Of a stretch of DNA of 64,000 nucleotides, positions 1-11,880 are shown one piece after another; the stretch's first letter is position 1, and the number at the start of each line of letters is the position of its first letter. The notes below the pieces were generated by a model. That model had not been told where the DNA came from and searched no databases. It saw nothing but the letters and a program-made list of their open reading frames with translations. The position numbers and the translations under genes were made by a program. Origin of the DNA: Laetmonice hystrix (lineage: Eukaryota); assembly GCA_965235115.1 (NCBI GenBank), contig OZ249436.1, positions 26,166,001 through 26,230,000 of the forward strand, in the 5' to 3' direction.

Positions 1-302
1 ATCACATCAGTAAACACTTGCCACATTCCTTCAGTAAGACAAGGAGCTGTCAAAAGGTTTCTGAATCTTGTGGAAATTGGTAGTTATATGTCTCTACGGT
101 AGTGTTAAAAGTTTTGAATGTGCACTATCACATTAGTCACCTTGCAATATATGTGGACAGTCATATCATCATCATATTCAAGATGGAAAGGCCATTTCCT
201 TTGAGAAAATGAAAAAAACCTTCATATCTAATGGTGACCCCCCTTAATAAGAAAATACCTTTTCTACAAGTCTCTTCAGTACATGTTTTCTCCCAATTTC
301 AG

Positions 303-516
303 TGTGGAACGAGAGCCGCATGAGGTAACACAAAAAGTAAATGATCTGAGGAACAAGTTGGACCGAGCCAGGGAACAGGTGAAGAAACTCCCAGGAATTG
401 AGCACAGTCAGGAGGAACAGGAACGGCAAATAGAAGTCCTGCGTAAACAGTTGGTCTCAAAAACAGACCTACTGCGCCGTTATAAAAACATGTGCAACTT
501 TGACATACCTAAGTGA
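303..516 (+). CDS. MED9: Mediator subunit 9, last coding exon (upstream exon(s) not identified in this window)
   Basis: Translation ...LPGIEHSQEEQERQIEVLRKQLVSKTDLLRRYKNMCNFDIPK* matches the recalled MED9 C-terminus (human [43 protein letters not shown]). A polypyrimidine tract plus AG acceptor (ttttctcccaatttcag) ends at 302. Confidence 0.88.
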
Positions 517-597
517 ATATTTAACGGTATTTGCACTTCATTAACAGTTTTTCTGATTTTGTTCCCGACTTGTATCTTCACGAATTCTTAATTTACT

Positions 598-1137
598 ATG
601 GATGTCAAATGTGGCGAGGATCAGCATTCTATTTTTAAAAAGGATCCTAAAGAGTGGATGCAGTATGTACACAAGGAAGTTTTGGTAACAACCACCAGAG
701 GCATTGAACACAGTGGTTGGGTTTACACAATCGATCCTGTCTCAGAGACAGTTATACTAGTTAATTTCTGCCACCAAAATGAAAGGAAAGCCAAACTGGA
801 AATGGTCATAGGGCATGCCATTCTTTCAATCACAGTGACAAACGAGGATGTAGAGAGGCATCGAGGGGAGATGGAAAAACTGTTCCAAGCAGAAGACATG
901 CTCAGTATGTCGCCAGATGAACTCAAGAAGAAACGGCACCAGGTGAAATCTTGGCTGATCAAGAACAGGGTGCCTGTAGAACTATGTGGGAGGAATGGAG
1001 ATGTGCTCAACATCTCTGATGCTTTGTTCATTGAACCCCCTTATGGCTCTGACAGCTGTCGAAGTTCAAACGAAATTATTCTCGGCAGAATTCAAGGTCT
1101 TCTAAAAAATATGCCGTCCGATGTTGAGGATTGGTAG
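598..1137 (+). CDS. GEMIN6: Gem-associated protein 6 (SMN complex, Sm-like fold), intronless 179-aa ORF
   Basis: Motifs GWVYTIDPVSETVILV, V+GHAI, WLIKNRVPV and IEPPYG..C.SSNEIILGRIQ.L are characteristic of Gemin6. The ORF is complete from ATG to TAG. Confidence 0.92.
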   Translation: MDVKCGEDQHSIFKKDPKEWMQYVHKEVLVTTTRGIEHSGWVYTIDPVSETVILVNFCHQNERKAKLEMVIGHAILSITVTNEDVERHRGEMEKLFQAEDMLSMSPDELKKKRHQVKSWLIKNRVPVELCGRNGDVLNISDALFIEPPYGSDSCRSSNEIILGRIQGLLKNMPSDVEDW

Positions 1138-1233
1138 GATTGAAAGTCAGTCTGGACAGTTGCATGTAAAATGTGTGATTTTAAGAAAAGGTCATCTGTT
1201 AAGGCATGAACGTGTTTTATGTGTAAATGAGGA

Positions 1234-1239
1234 AATAAA
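1234..1239 (+). terminator. Candidate polyadenylation signal AATAAA
   Basis: First AATAAA downstream of both the MED9 and Gemin6 stops. Confidence 0.45.
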
Positions 1240-2135
1240 AGTGATGAGTGAGCTTGGTCTTTATCACTATTAAATGTATTAACAAGGGATATTATGAAGT
1301 TTAGGGTTGTAATCTTTTTCTGTTTCATTTTTTAACCCTGGATCCATTGTTATTAAATGATGTGTTGGCGGAATTCAAGTAAAATATAGTATATATATAG
1401 GGGTTGGGGAGAAAAATTGGACTGACAGAGGTTGACCTGCAAGTGCTACCCCCTTGATCTGGCAAAAATGTATTTTTCGGGTGGGCCTTAAAATTTTGGA
1501 ACACTCTTTTCTTGACTGTAACTTCTATAATTTTTACCCCAATGTCATAATAATGATGGAACATGATACCATCTTGTTAATTGGAGCATGTAGTACAGTC
1601 TAAAAATAGGGTCATTTTAAAAACTGCATGTCAAATATTGCAATGCTCGACCATGCGTTTTCGGCAGAGTTGGTCCTGCTGTGTCTGGCACACGCTTTGC
1701 TTGACTATAGCTTTTTAGTCCAGTCATTCTATCGCCAAATGGGCTGGACATGGAACAAATTGCAACAGAATTTCTTTTTGTAGAAATGACATCTACATAC
1801 ACCCTAGTAGCACAGAAAAAAAAGTCGAAAAAAAAGATGGGGAAAGAGTTTTTAAAATTGAGTTGAAAATTTGTCTATTTTATCACTTTTTGCAGCTGTT
1901 TTGAGGGGTGCTTTACCTTGTATTTCTTATTTTGTAGGCTCTGTTACTCCTATTTTAGACCAAATAATGCTCAGTCCCAATAAAACAAATCGTTGTCCCA
2001 TTTAAAAAAAAATCAATCTTGGAGAGATTTATAAATAGTTCTCTTCAGTTTTTAAATATTTTATGTCTGAAATCGCTCGGAATTGTGATCTAGTGGAGAA
2101 AGGAAATTTAAAGGGAATAGAAAAGTTCAAACTAT

Positions 2136-3787
2136 TGTGGAGTTCCAGCCCGCTGATCACCAACCACCCTCCCGCCTTAGGCTTTGTGCTTTGACACGAC
2201 TCCCGGTCCCGATGTAAACAATGACTCCCCATGACGTTTAAATCCTTTGATCTTCCTACCTGACCACACAGATGTGTGAATTTACATGTCCGATGACCTT
2301 TCCCATCCATTAGGATAAGTTTAACGACTCGTTTAGTGAGTAAGAGTGACTGAACTAGCACTATTGTGCTTGGTTACGGATTTGACGATGGGCGCCGCCA
2401 TCTTGGATCTCTGGCCGAGAGCCGTGATGTTGACAATTCCATGCACGTACCTAGCGATGACTAAAAGCATTAAATAGAGCATTAAAGTTGATAAAATAAC
2501 TAAGATTTAACGTTGTAGATGTCTATTCTAGCTGCTGGTTAGATATATTCCATGTATTGACTAAACGCGGTACGACGCCAAAGCTGCACTCTTTTGACAC
2601 TGCGGACTAGGTCAACGTTCCAATTTACGCAAGGTGGCGCCACCACTATAAATATCGCGCTCCGCCAAGCGGCAAACAGTGTTAGACGAGACGCTCAGCT
2701 ACTGCAAGCTACTGCTGCCACCTTACGTCAACCACTTCGATTCTCCGTCCCGTATTTTGATCTGATCCAACAGTCGGCGCCACGGTAAGTCAGCGCTGAC
2801 CGCGCTTGTTATCCGGACTTGTGGATGACGCGGACAGACAGAATATGACTGACTAACTGACGATTTGATCGCCTGGATGACATAGGCGGCTGTGGATGAC
2901 AACCACAGAACGGGATGACACCCCATCATGTCAATAACTGACATGACGATGACTGACTGATTGTGGGCATAGACTTTGCCCTGTACATAGACTTGTACAT
3001 ACGTTTGTTTACCTTTGACTAGACATAAGATATTAGTAATTAGACTACCACTGACTTTGTGGGTGACGTAGATTAGACATAGAGGTCTATGACTGTGGAT
3101 GACATGACACTATCTGCGGATGACATGCGGATGACATGACATGTCTTGTGGATGACATGTGGATGACATGACTCGACTTTGCGGATGACATGCGGATGAC
3201 ATGATCTAGATCTGCGGATGACATGACCTGTGACCTATGACACGACTTATGACCTTTGACCCGTAGATGCCTACAGATATACTAGAGCTTGCTCATTCAC
3301 AGTAATAATATTGATAATTGATCTACGTTAGTGTTGTGGAGTACACCACAATATTTTATATAGCAGTCATGGTAATATCTTGTTCTATTAAGCTTGTCAT
3401 AGAAGTTATTGAGTATGAAGACGACCTACTAGTCCTGTACTGGGCTTACATAGTCTAATGATATTGCTGCTTTGTGCTACCTGTTGACGTTGAGACGGTG
3501 AAGGACTGGACTGATGAAGACTTGTCAACGAGATATTGTATCGACGTCAGAAATAAAAGCTCCAACCATTATCTTTTAAACCAAATACCAGCCATTGTGT
3601 GATCTGTCCACTTGTTGTAGACGTTCCACCCAATCCTTATAAGTAGCCTACCTGGTCAATTGTCTAATGTTAACCGCCCAACGTGTTTGGGGCGGAAGTA
3701 GCGAATGCGAGAAAACAGAGTAAGAGCGAGAAAAACACAACGAGAAGTACTACCCATTACATGATTATATGATCGCAGCACGCTACA
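2136..3787 (+). mobile_element. 5' LTR of a decayed Gypsy element (left boundary uncertain)
   Basis: Ends ...GCTACA just before a PBS. Contains TATAAA (~2647), AATAAA (~3552) and an internal GGATGACATG tandem repeat (~3095-3230). The start is placed tentatively at TGTGG. Confidence 0.6.
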
Positions 3788-3794
3788 TAATTTT

Positions 3795-3814
3795 TGGTGT
3801 CGTGTGACCAGGAT
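3795..3814 (+). promoter_or_regulatory. Primer-binding site, tRNA-His-like
   Basis: TGGTGTCGTGTGACCAGGAT lies 7 nt after the LTR-terminal CA and resembles the tRNA-His complement TGGTGCCGTGACCAGGAT. Confidence 0.65.
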
Positions 3815-3837
3815 TGGGTTAGGACAAAATCAACAAG

Positions 3838-5169
3838 ATGGGCAGTTGGCTGGCTAATATTTCTAACTTCTTTGGTTGGAGGACTGTGACGCCTCGGCAA
3901 GGCAATGACTTGACAAAGACTGAAAATAAAAGACCTGACCGTAATGGTTGGATGACTACCGGTACCACACGAGACTCAGGTGTGACGGATGACTTGCCTG
4001 ACTTAGACAGGTTATCTGACGTACATGACTTACCTGACATACGCAACCTACCTGATTTACCTGACTTGCGTAACTTACCTGATGAGCCTAGATGTAGGAC
4101 AAGGGAGGTGACAAATTTGACTATGTTAGAGAGGGATGACAAGTAGGCCTATGTGAGACACGACGTACCTGTGATGGCGTCAACGCCTCACATACATACT
4201 CAAGTGAGATTTCCCCCTGATATGAGAAATGATGAGTCAACCCATGTGACTAGACCAGGGTCCCAGATAGATTTGACTTCTGTAGACGGGAACTTTCCCA
4301 TAGACAGATCTCATAGAAAGCAAAAGGAGCCCATGAGATATAATGGAAAGGGAGATTGGGATGATTACTTGAGCCATTTTCAAGCTGTAGCCCGCTGGAA
4401 TGGTTGGAGTGATGCAGAGTGTGGTATGCAGTTAGCCATTAGCCTAGTAGACGATGCCAGGGAAGTTTTAAGTAGCCTACCATTAGAATGCAGGGGAGAA
4501 TATTTTCCTCTTGTCAGAGCTTTAGAGCAAAGATTTAGTCCAAGTGGAAGGGAATCCAGGTATTCATTAGAATTAATGAGACGGACATGTAGTAGCAGTG
4601 AAGACGTGACTGCCTATGGACATGCTCTCAGACGACTTGCTTCCAAGGCCTATCCTGGAAGATGCATAGACGAGCAGGTGCTCATAGATTTGTATATTCG
4701 TGGGTTACCATCCACAATGATGAAGAGATATGTGCATTCTCAGAGGCCTAGGACACTGTCAGAAGCCATTAACTTTGCGGTGACTTATGAATCTTTTGAG
4801 GATTCCCCGATAGACACAGATGTTAGGAAGTTGAGGAAACCTCAGGGCCAGATAGACGTTAGGCCAGTGTCAACCACAAATCTGCCTAGTAAAACTGACT
4901 TGACGGACAAGGTGTCAGCAAAGTTAGACAAGACAGTGAAGGTACTAGATGACATAGAGCGAAGGTTGAGACAGATAGAGAGTAACAGTAGTGGGCCAAA
5001 CAGTTACAATACAGGTAGACGACAGCCTATGTCTGGATCAAACTCATACAGACAGACTGACAGATCCAATATAGAGTGTTACAACTGTCATGAGAAAGGA
5101 CACATTTCTAGGGAATGCCCTAAAAAGAATGACTATGCTAGGCGACTTTCTGACAGAGGCCAGAACCTG
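3838..5169 (+). pseudogene. Gypsy gag (capsid-like region plus CCHC zinc knuckle), with one in-frame stop and a 3' end interrupted by MITEs
   Basis: ORFs 3838-4146 and 4153-5217 share a frame. Capsid-like YNGKGDWDDYLSHFQAVARWNGW and knuckle CYNCHEKGHISREC are present, downstream of an LTR and PBS. Confidence 0.88.
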
Positions 5170-5437
5170 GGGCCCGTCTTACTAAACATCGTTAAGCCCG
5201 ATCTAGTTAACTTATAGCTAGTTAATAACTAGAAATCGTTATTAACTAGAGCTAGTTAAAACCCGTCTTACTAAGGTCTAGTTAGTAGCGTAACGTATAG
5301 GGAGTGGTCTAGTTAACTTAACGACTGGGGAGGGGGTGCCGCTAACGTTGTAACGTTGTCTGGCTGTCGCCTTGACGACGGCCTAGTTAACCAGCAGTTA
5401 ACTAGATCGTTAATAACGATGTTTAGTAAGACGGGGC
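5170..5437. mobile_element. MITE with ~25-bp TIRs and CWG target (Harbinger-like)
   Basis: GGGCCCGTCTTACTAAACATCGTTA ... TAACGATGTTTAGTAAGACGGGGC, flanked by CTG and CAG. Confidence 0.8.
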
Positions 5438-5440
5438 CAG

Positions 5441-7595
5441 GGGGCCGTTGCATAAAAAGCCGCTATGTGTACGGGTTCCCGTTAAGTGTCTAACGGGTAC
5501 CCTAGCGGGCCAAAGTGTTGCAGAGACCTCAGTGGGAATCCCCGCTAGTGATCAAGTGTTGCAAAGTGCACAGTCGAGCGTGACCCGGCACCCGTTAACC
5601 GCTCCTCGCGGGCTATTTTGAGATGTTTTTAACCTGTACCTCGGGAGGTGCAGGTTAACACTAACGGGAGTCCCGCAAAATGCTGACATGTTTTTTTTTG
5701 GTATCTGCATGAGGTCATCGTAATCATTGGGGCGTCGTAATATGTATATTGATCTAACCATTTAATTTGTGATATCAGTGGCGGCGCTAGGGTTATATTG
5801 GGTGACTCGAGGCAAGATAAAACATAAGTATGAAATATCTCCGTAAGTAATAAACAATCATTTATTGACCATTAGTAAACATATCGCATATTGGCGTCCG
5901 TGTATGTGTAGTGGGTACGGATGGACCATTGTGCGAATTGTAGTATTGCAGCCGTGTCCTCCATGTGAGTTCACCTGTGACAACGCCCCGGAAAATGTGT
6001 GCCTGACTCTGAAATCCGCAAAGAGGAAACATATCGTTGATAAAAACAGTATAGATACATTTCCACATGTCTAAAGGGCGAAACACACACTGAACGCGGG
6101 GTTTTCTGAGCGGCGTATGGGCCATTCTCCAACTTGGGGGCAAATTGCAATTTGCAGACATGGACAATATTTACATCTTGGAGTCTTTTTTTTATCATAA
6201 AACTAGATATGTCATGACTCCAAAACAGAAACGAGCAGCGCACTTTTATACGTTTTTGTAATTTTTTTTCCAACTGCAAATAAGCAACACAAAGTCAATG
6301 TGTCAAATCCATAAAAATCAATTTATTGGTATTTGCTTAATATTAATTTCGACTATTCTTACTCTTTACTTAAGGCTAATTATATGGGAGCACGTCCAAA
6401 ATACTCACAAGAAAATGTTCTGTCATGGAGGTGACTATGTAACGGAGATGATTTTGGTATCATTGGTATCAATGAAATTGAAATAAATGTGGTTCAAAAA
6501 CATTCTATGTGATCTCTTTCACATGCCATTTGTGTTGATCAGTTTCTATGGTTACTTCTGTTTTATAGATGTAACGGAGCTGATGGATGAATAAAGCTAT
6601 AATTTGTTTCTCCACTTTTGTTTAAAATATAGATATGTTGAAAGATTCTTCAAGACGGAAGGTGAACCATGCACCTTTAAGTTCATCTCAGAAAACAAAT
6701 CATTTGATTGGTTCCTTAATTACCTCTAATATACAGCAATAGCTCGAGGATGGCGGCAGTTAGTTGTAACAGAGTTGATAACAAAATTCAGGACAGAGCT
6801 TTGGGGGTTCAACATGATAAAAGTAGATCTATGGATAGAGGGCCTACAAACTAAAATTTTCAGAACACAAAGTTCTAATTCTGTTCAGTTCAACTCTAAA
6901 ACCTGATATGTGTCTAAGATTAGATCTATTATAGTGTGGGACAATTTCACATTGGGGGGGGGGCAAAAGATATTCTCGCCCCCCCCCCTTAAAATTTTCG
7001 GCGCCCCTGATCTTACTTTTCGATCCAGTTATTTGACGCCCACTGGTCATTTGTGAGGCGCGGCATTGTCAACCAGTCGTTCAACCAGTGCACTTGCACT
7101 CGGCCATGCACTGTTTGTAAACACTCCCATACGCAATGGCATTTTCAAAATAACATGTTTGTTCGCGTGACATGTAGGCTCATATGCATTGGGCGTTCCG
7201 TTTCTAACGTTTCTTATGTACAACACTTGTGAGTAGTTCCCCAAGCAATGGATTTCGCGAAAGGTATAAGATTACTAGGAAATACCATGATTTGTCTTAC
7301 CTTGCAGACGACACTGGCGGGGAGCGATAATACGTGTGTTCGGCTTCTTCTTCGGTGTCTCACTGCAGTTGTGTCACGCGCATGTATTTACGGGAATTAT
7401 TAACGGGTTCCCACTATAGTGCGGGGGCCCAAAACATGATTTACGGGGAATGAATTTAACGGGTTTGGCGTTTAGTGGGATCCCGCTAGGTGGTGTTGTG
7501 CAACGCTTTTTCACACTAACTTAACGGGACAGACTAAACGCGACCCCGCTAACCTTCGTTATGGCATAACTAGTGGGATTTTATGCAACAGCCCC
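5441..7595. mobile_element. Non-autonomous TIR transposon with CWG target, probably containing a nested CAGTGG...CCACTG element (~5776-7045)
   Basis: GGGGCCGTTGCATAAAA ... TTTTATGCAACAGCCCC, flanked by CAG and CTG, with subterminal TAACGGG/CCCGCTA repeats at both ends. Confidence 0.78.
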
Positions 7596-7706
7596 CTGGC
7601 CCAGCCAGCAATGACGCAAGGCCGCTAGTTTATGTGAGGACGACCGCAGCTGGTCAGTGTTGGTATGTCAATGGAGTAGTGTGTGACCGTCCCATTGACT
7701 GGCTTA

Positions 7707-9955
7707 TTATCCCATCCCCACGGAGGGGATGGGATTTTGAAATTGTAGTTGTGGGCTGTTGTTAGACACTATGTCTATCGCAGTCATTTTTCAAGATATC
7801 TCAACCAAACTTGGTACACATCTTGACCATGACGAAGTCTGGTCCCACAATGAGTCATGACGTCACGTGACGTCACGTCATGACGTCAATTTTTTGGGAC
7901 ATTGGGGGCCATTTTTAAAGTTCATATTGGGAATTTACAATATCTATCATGGAGTTTTGATCAGGCAAGGGTCCTGTCTCAAATCGACCCTTCATTTGAC
8001 CTTTGACCTTTGACCTTAGGGAGAACTGGCTCCTGGGTCAGAATCCTTTTGAATCGCTACTCCTTCCCCATTTTTTTGTATAATTGGACAATATCTGGTA
8101 GTACCATACTACAACGAAAGGTTCAAACCCCACAAAGAGGGATTAGAGATTTGACCTATATTCACTGAACCACGTGACATTGAAGTTTTGAATGGTGCCA
8201 ATTTTAGATATCTATGGCTAAAACTCGAAGATGCTTGTCTATAAGGGCCATGTTTTTTATTGTACACAGATAGGAAGTGATATGCTCTTTCATTTGGCAC
8301 CATAATTTTTAAGGGTTTACGCCCTATTTACTGAACCACGTGACCTGCAAGTTTAAAGTTAGGTCATTTGAAAGATTCCTGGCTGTAACTCTTGAAAGCT
8401 TTAAGGCAGAGCCATAATTGTTCATGAATTTTATGAAGGGCTTTTAACATCACAAAACATACAAAGAGGGATTAGCGATTTGACCTATATTTGCTGAACC
8501 ACGTGACCTTAAAGTTTTCAACAGCGGTCAGTTTAGATATTTATGGGTATAACTTGTAAACGGTGTCAGATAGGGTCATAGTTACTATTGAACATGAATA
8601 GGAAGTCGATATGGGCTTTCATTTGACATCATTATTTTGTAGGTCACGTGACCTATGACGTCATAACGATGTCACCTATATTTTCCCAGGGCCATAACTT
8701 GTAAATGGTTGAAGATAGAGCCATAGTTACTATTAAACACTAATAGGAAGTCATATATGATCTTTCATTATACACCTTCATTTTCCAGGTCACGTGACCT
8801 ATGACGTCATAAGAATGTCATTGACATTTTCTCAGGGCTTTAACTTGTAAACGGTGCCAGATAGAGCCATAGTTACTCTTGAACACGAATAGGAAGTCAT
8901 ATATGGTCTTTCATTTGACACCATTATTTTGGAGGTCACGTGACCTATGACGTCATAAACGTCACCTATATTTCCCAGGGCCATAACTTGTAAATGGTTG
9001 GAGATAGAGCCATAGTTACTATTAAACACTAATAGGAAGTCATATATACTCATTCATTATACACCTTCATTTTCCAGGTCACGTGACCTATGACGTCAGA
9101 GCAAGGTCGCCAATATGTTCTCAGGTCTATAACTTGTAAACGGTGCCAGATAGGGCCATAGTTACTATTGAACACGAATAGGAAGTCATATATGGTCTTT
9201 CATTTGAGACCATTATTTTTCGAGTCACGTGACCTGTGACGTCATAACGACGTCACCTATATTTGCCCTGGGCCATAACTTGTAAATGGTTGAAGATAGA
9301 GCCATAGTTACTATTAAACAGTAATAGGAAGTCATATGCACCCTTTTATTATACACCTTCATTTTCCAGGTCACGTGACCTATGACGTCATAAGAATGTC
9401 ATTGGCTTTTTCTCAGGACTATAACTTGTAAATGGTTAAAGATTGAGCCATAGTTACCAGTAAACCCTAATATGAAGTCATATATACATGCTCTTTCATT
9501 ATGCACCCATAATTTTCCAGTCACGTGACCTATGACGTCATAGCAAGGTCGCCAATATTTTCCCAGGGCTATAACTTGTAAACTGTGCCAGATAGGGCCA
9601 TAGTTACTATTGAACACGAATAGGAAGTCATATATGATATTTCATTTGGCACCATTGTTTTGTACGTGACGTGACCTATGACGTCATAAGGAGGTCACCT
9701 ATATATTCCCTGGGCTATAACTTGTAAATGGTTGAAGATGCAGCCATAGTTACTATGACGTCATAAGGATGTCATAAATATTCTCTCAGGATCATAACTT
9801 GACACCTTACCTGGCACTTCCCAAACACCACTGCCTATTACAGATGTGTCGGGAAGTGTCTGCCTTGAACGTAACTCTACTCAAACTCAATATCAGAAAG
9901 GACATGTCACCCCGGGGATGGGATCCATCGTGGTCTCGCCACGACATGACTAGTT
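7707..9955 (+). mobile_element. Non-autonomous Helentron-type (HINE/DINE-1-like) element with an internal tandem array
   Basis: 5' palindrome ATCCCATCCCC-acgga-GGGGATGGGAT, a 3' copy of GGGGATGGGAT followed by a stem-loop (TCGTGG...CCACGA) and CTAGTT, and insertion at TT. Confidence 0.75.
8150..9790. repeat. ~146-bp satellite array with alternating A/B units
   Basis: GTCACGTGACCTATGACGTCA (or a one-mismatch variant) recurs at ~8643, 8789, 8935, 9078, 9224, 9370, 9520 and 9666, with more diverged units upstream. Confidence 0.9.
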
Positions 9956-9987
9956 GATACTGGTGCTGCCCCCAATATATTAGACAG

Positions 9988-10724
9988 GGGTGCGTTTCAC
10001 AACCCATTGTCGTGCGTTAACTATAAGCTTGTCGTAAACTTAACGATTAACGACAAGGTCTACGATACCCCGTTGCACAACCCTTGTCGTGCGTTGGCTT
10101 GTCGTGCGCTTGCATATCGCTGTTGCTAACGTCACAAATCTCTCAGCGGAGATCATTGTTCAATACAACGTCGTGGCACCGTGAGCGTAAACCGGATGGA
10201 GCTGTTGTTTATGTTTGCTGCTTATACACAAACACTGAATTTTTTGCCTGGTATATAATAAATACTCCTAATCGTGTTTGAAACACATCATGTGTAGACT
10301 CAAAAGGGTTTTTGCTTCGTTTTGTGTTGTGGCGGTGCCTTGGCCGCCGACGATTGTGACGCCCTCTAACGTTAGAATGCGGCATCTATGCTCGACCGTC
10401 CGTCGACTGTCAGTGAGATGCTCGATCGGAATCAGCCATCCTACTTGGTATTTGGTTCTTTTTGGAAATTTTTCCCCAGGCAATTCTTAAAAGAGGCCAT
10501 ATGAAGCTGAAAACATTAGTATTTACATGCCAGATAAAAGGATTGATTAATTTTTGAGTCGTTACGACAGCTTAAAGACAGGGTCAGAGCTGTCTTTATT
10601 TTGGCCTTGGTTTACGACACCGTCGTACAGATTTTTACGCACGACAGGGGTTGTGAAACACCTCTGTCGTAAGTTGACAGTTTACGATTATTTAACGCAC
10701 GACAAGCGGTTGTGAAACGCACCC
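9988..10724. mobile_element. MITE with 17-bp TIRs and a perfect CAG TSD
   Basis: CAG|GGGTGCGTTTCACAACC ... GGTTGTGAAACGCACCC|CAG. Removing it restores the protease reading frame. Confidence 0.88.
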
Positions 10725-11729
10725 CAGACGTGTCTATTTGAATCTGCCAGCGTGGCAAAGACCGACCTTGCGTCAAAGCAGAGCTCGACTGCGGGCCGCA
10801 GATGGCAATGCACTCAGAGTGCATGGGGAAACCACCCTTGACCTGTTGGTAGGAAATAAATTGTTTAGCTTGCCTGTGACGGTAGCTGACCTTGGTGACA
10901 TACAAGGGATACTTGGTATGGAATTTCTAAATAGGGAAGAATGTCTGATAGATGCCTTCAATGGTAGACTACATTTTTCTGATAGGGAAGTAATTATGCA
11001 CCGTGATGCAAAGACTTAAAGTTGTAGAGTTAGACTTAAGGAATCTCTAGAGTTAGGACCAGATGAGGAAAAAGTTATCCATGGACAAGTAGATGACAAG
11101 AAGTGGTCAAAAACACAGACAGTTGGTGTGGTAGAAGCTGACCCTTCTTTTGTCCATGATAGTGGATTGTTAGTTGCTAGGGCATTAGTTCAGATACAAG
11201 ACAGTTTGTTGACTTTGACAGTAAGTAATTTTGGAGATGAGCCTGTGACGATTCCTGTAGGTACGACAGTAGCCTGGTTAAACACAGTAGATGTAGTTTA
11301 TAAGCAGACTAGTGAGGGCCATGACAGTAGAACTGAACTGCCTTAGTTCATATACAAGACAGTTTGTTGACTTTGACAGTAAGTAATTTTGGAGATGAGC
11401 CTGTGACGATTCCTGTAGGTACGACAGTAGCCTGGTTAAACACAGTAGATGTAGTTTATAAGCAGACTAGTGAGGGCCATGACAGTAGAACTGAACTGCC
11501 TAGTGAGCATGTTGCCTGTGTTTTGGAGGGTCCAGGTGTGGTACCTGAACACTTGCAACCGATGGTTGATTCGGCTGCTGAGAACCTGACGAGTGAGCAA
11601 AGAGACAGACTGCTAGCTCTGATTGCAGCAAATCAGACCCTTTTTGTTGGTCCTGATGGCAAGTTAGGATAGTGATACTTTCTTATTGCCGGGATCATGC
11701 ATAACATGTCACAAACAATGTAGTCTCCA

Positions 11730-11880
11730 GCCGAAATTTGAAATACGAAATCTGAAATTCGAAATTCGAAATCCGAAATGCGAGATCCGAAATGCGAAAT
11801 GCGAAATGCGAAATGCGAAATGCGAGATCCGAAATGCGAAATGCGAAATGCGAAATCCGAAATCCATATTCCGAAATGTC
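11730..11880. repeat. Heptamer tandem repeat (CGAAATG/CGAAATC/CGAAATT)n
   Basis: Directly visible. Related (CGAAATT)n arrays occur at ~28610, ~36028 and ~40100 (reverse) in a dispersed repeat family with the flank GAAAGCCCAGAAGGCT. Confidence 0.9.

Larger units (their letters stand above)
7596..11672 (+). pseudogene. Gypsy protease and start of pol, in three pieces (7596-7708, 9956-9987, 10728-11672); RT, RNase H and integrase absent
   Basis: Joining the pieces gives in-frame CWYVNGVVCDRPIDWLI-DTGAAPNILDR-RVYLNLP...AADGNALRVHGE...GILGMEFL (retropepsin DTG and ILG motifs). There is a stop at 11017-11019 and a ~158-bp tandem duplication (~11185-11503). Confidence 0.85.

Noticed and set aside
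4144..4146. Programmed stop-codon readthrough in gag
   Set aside because: The stop lies early in gag rather than at the gag-pol boundary and is explained more simply by a GGCCTA insertion.
8150..9790. Regular repeats with palindromic cores that resemble a CRISPR array
   Set aside because: The intervening sequences are homologous to each other rather than unique spacers, there are no cas genes, and the context is a eukaryotic Helentron-type element.
9988..10727. MITE as an introner (GTGCGT near the 5' end, CAG at the 3' end)
   Set aside because: Splicing from GT at 9990 to AG at 10727 would leave 2 extra nt and shift the protease frame.
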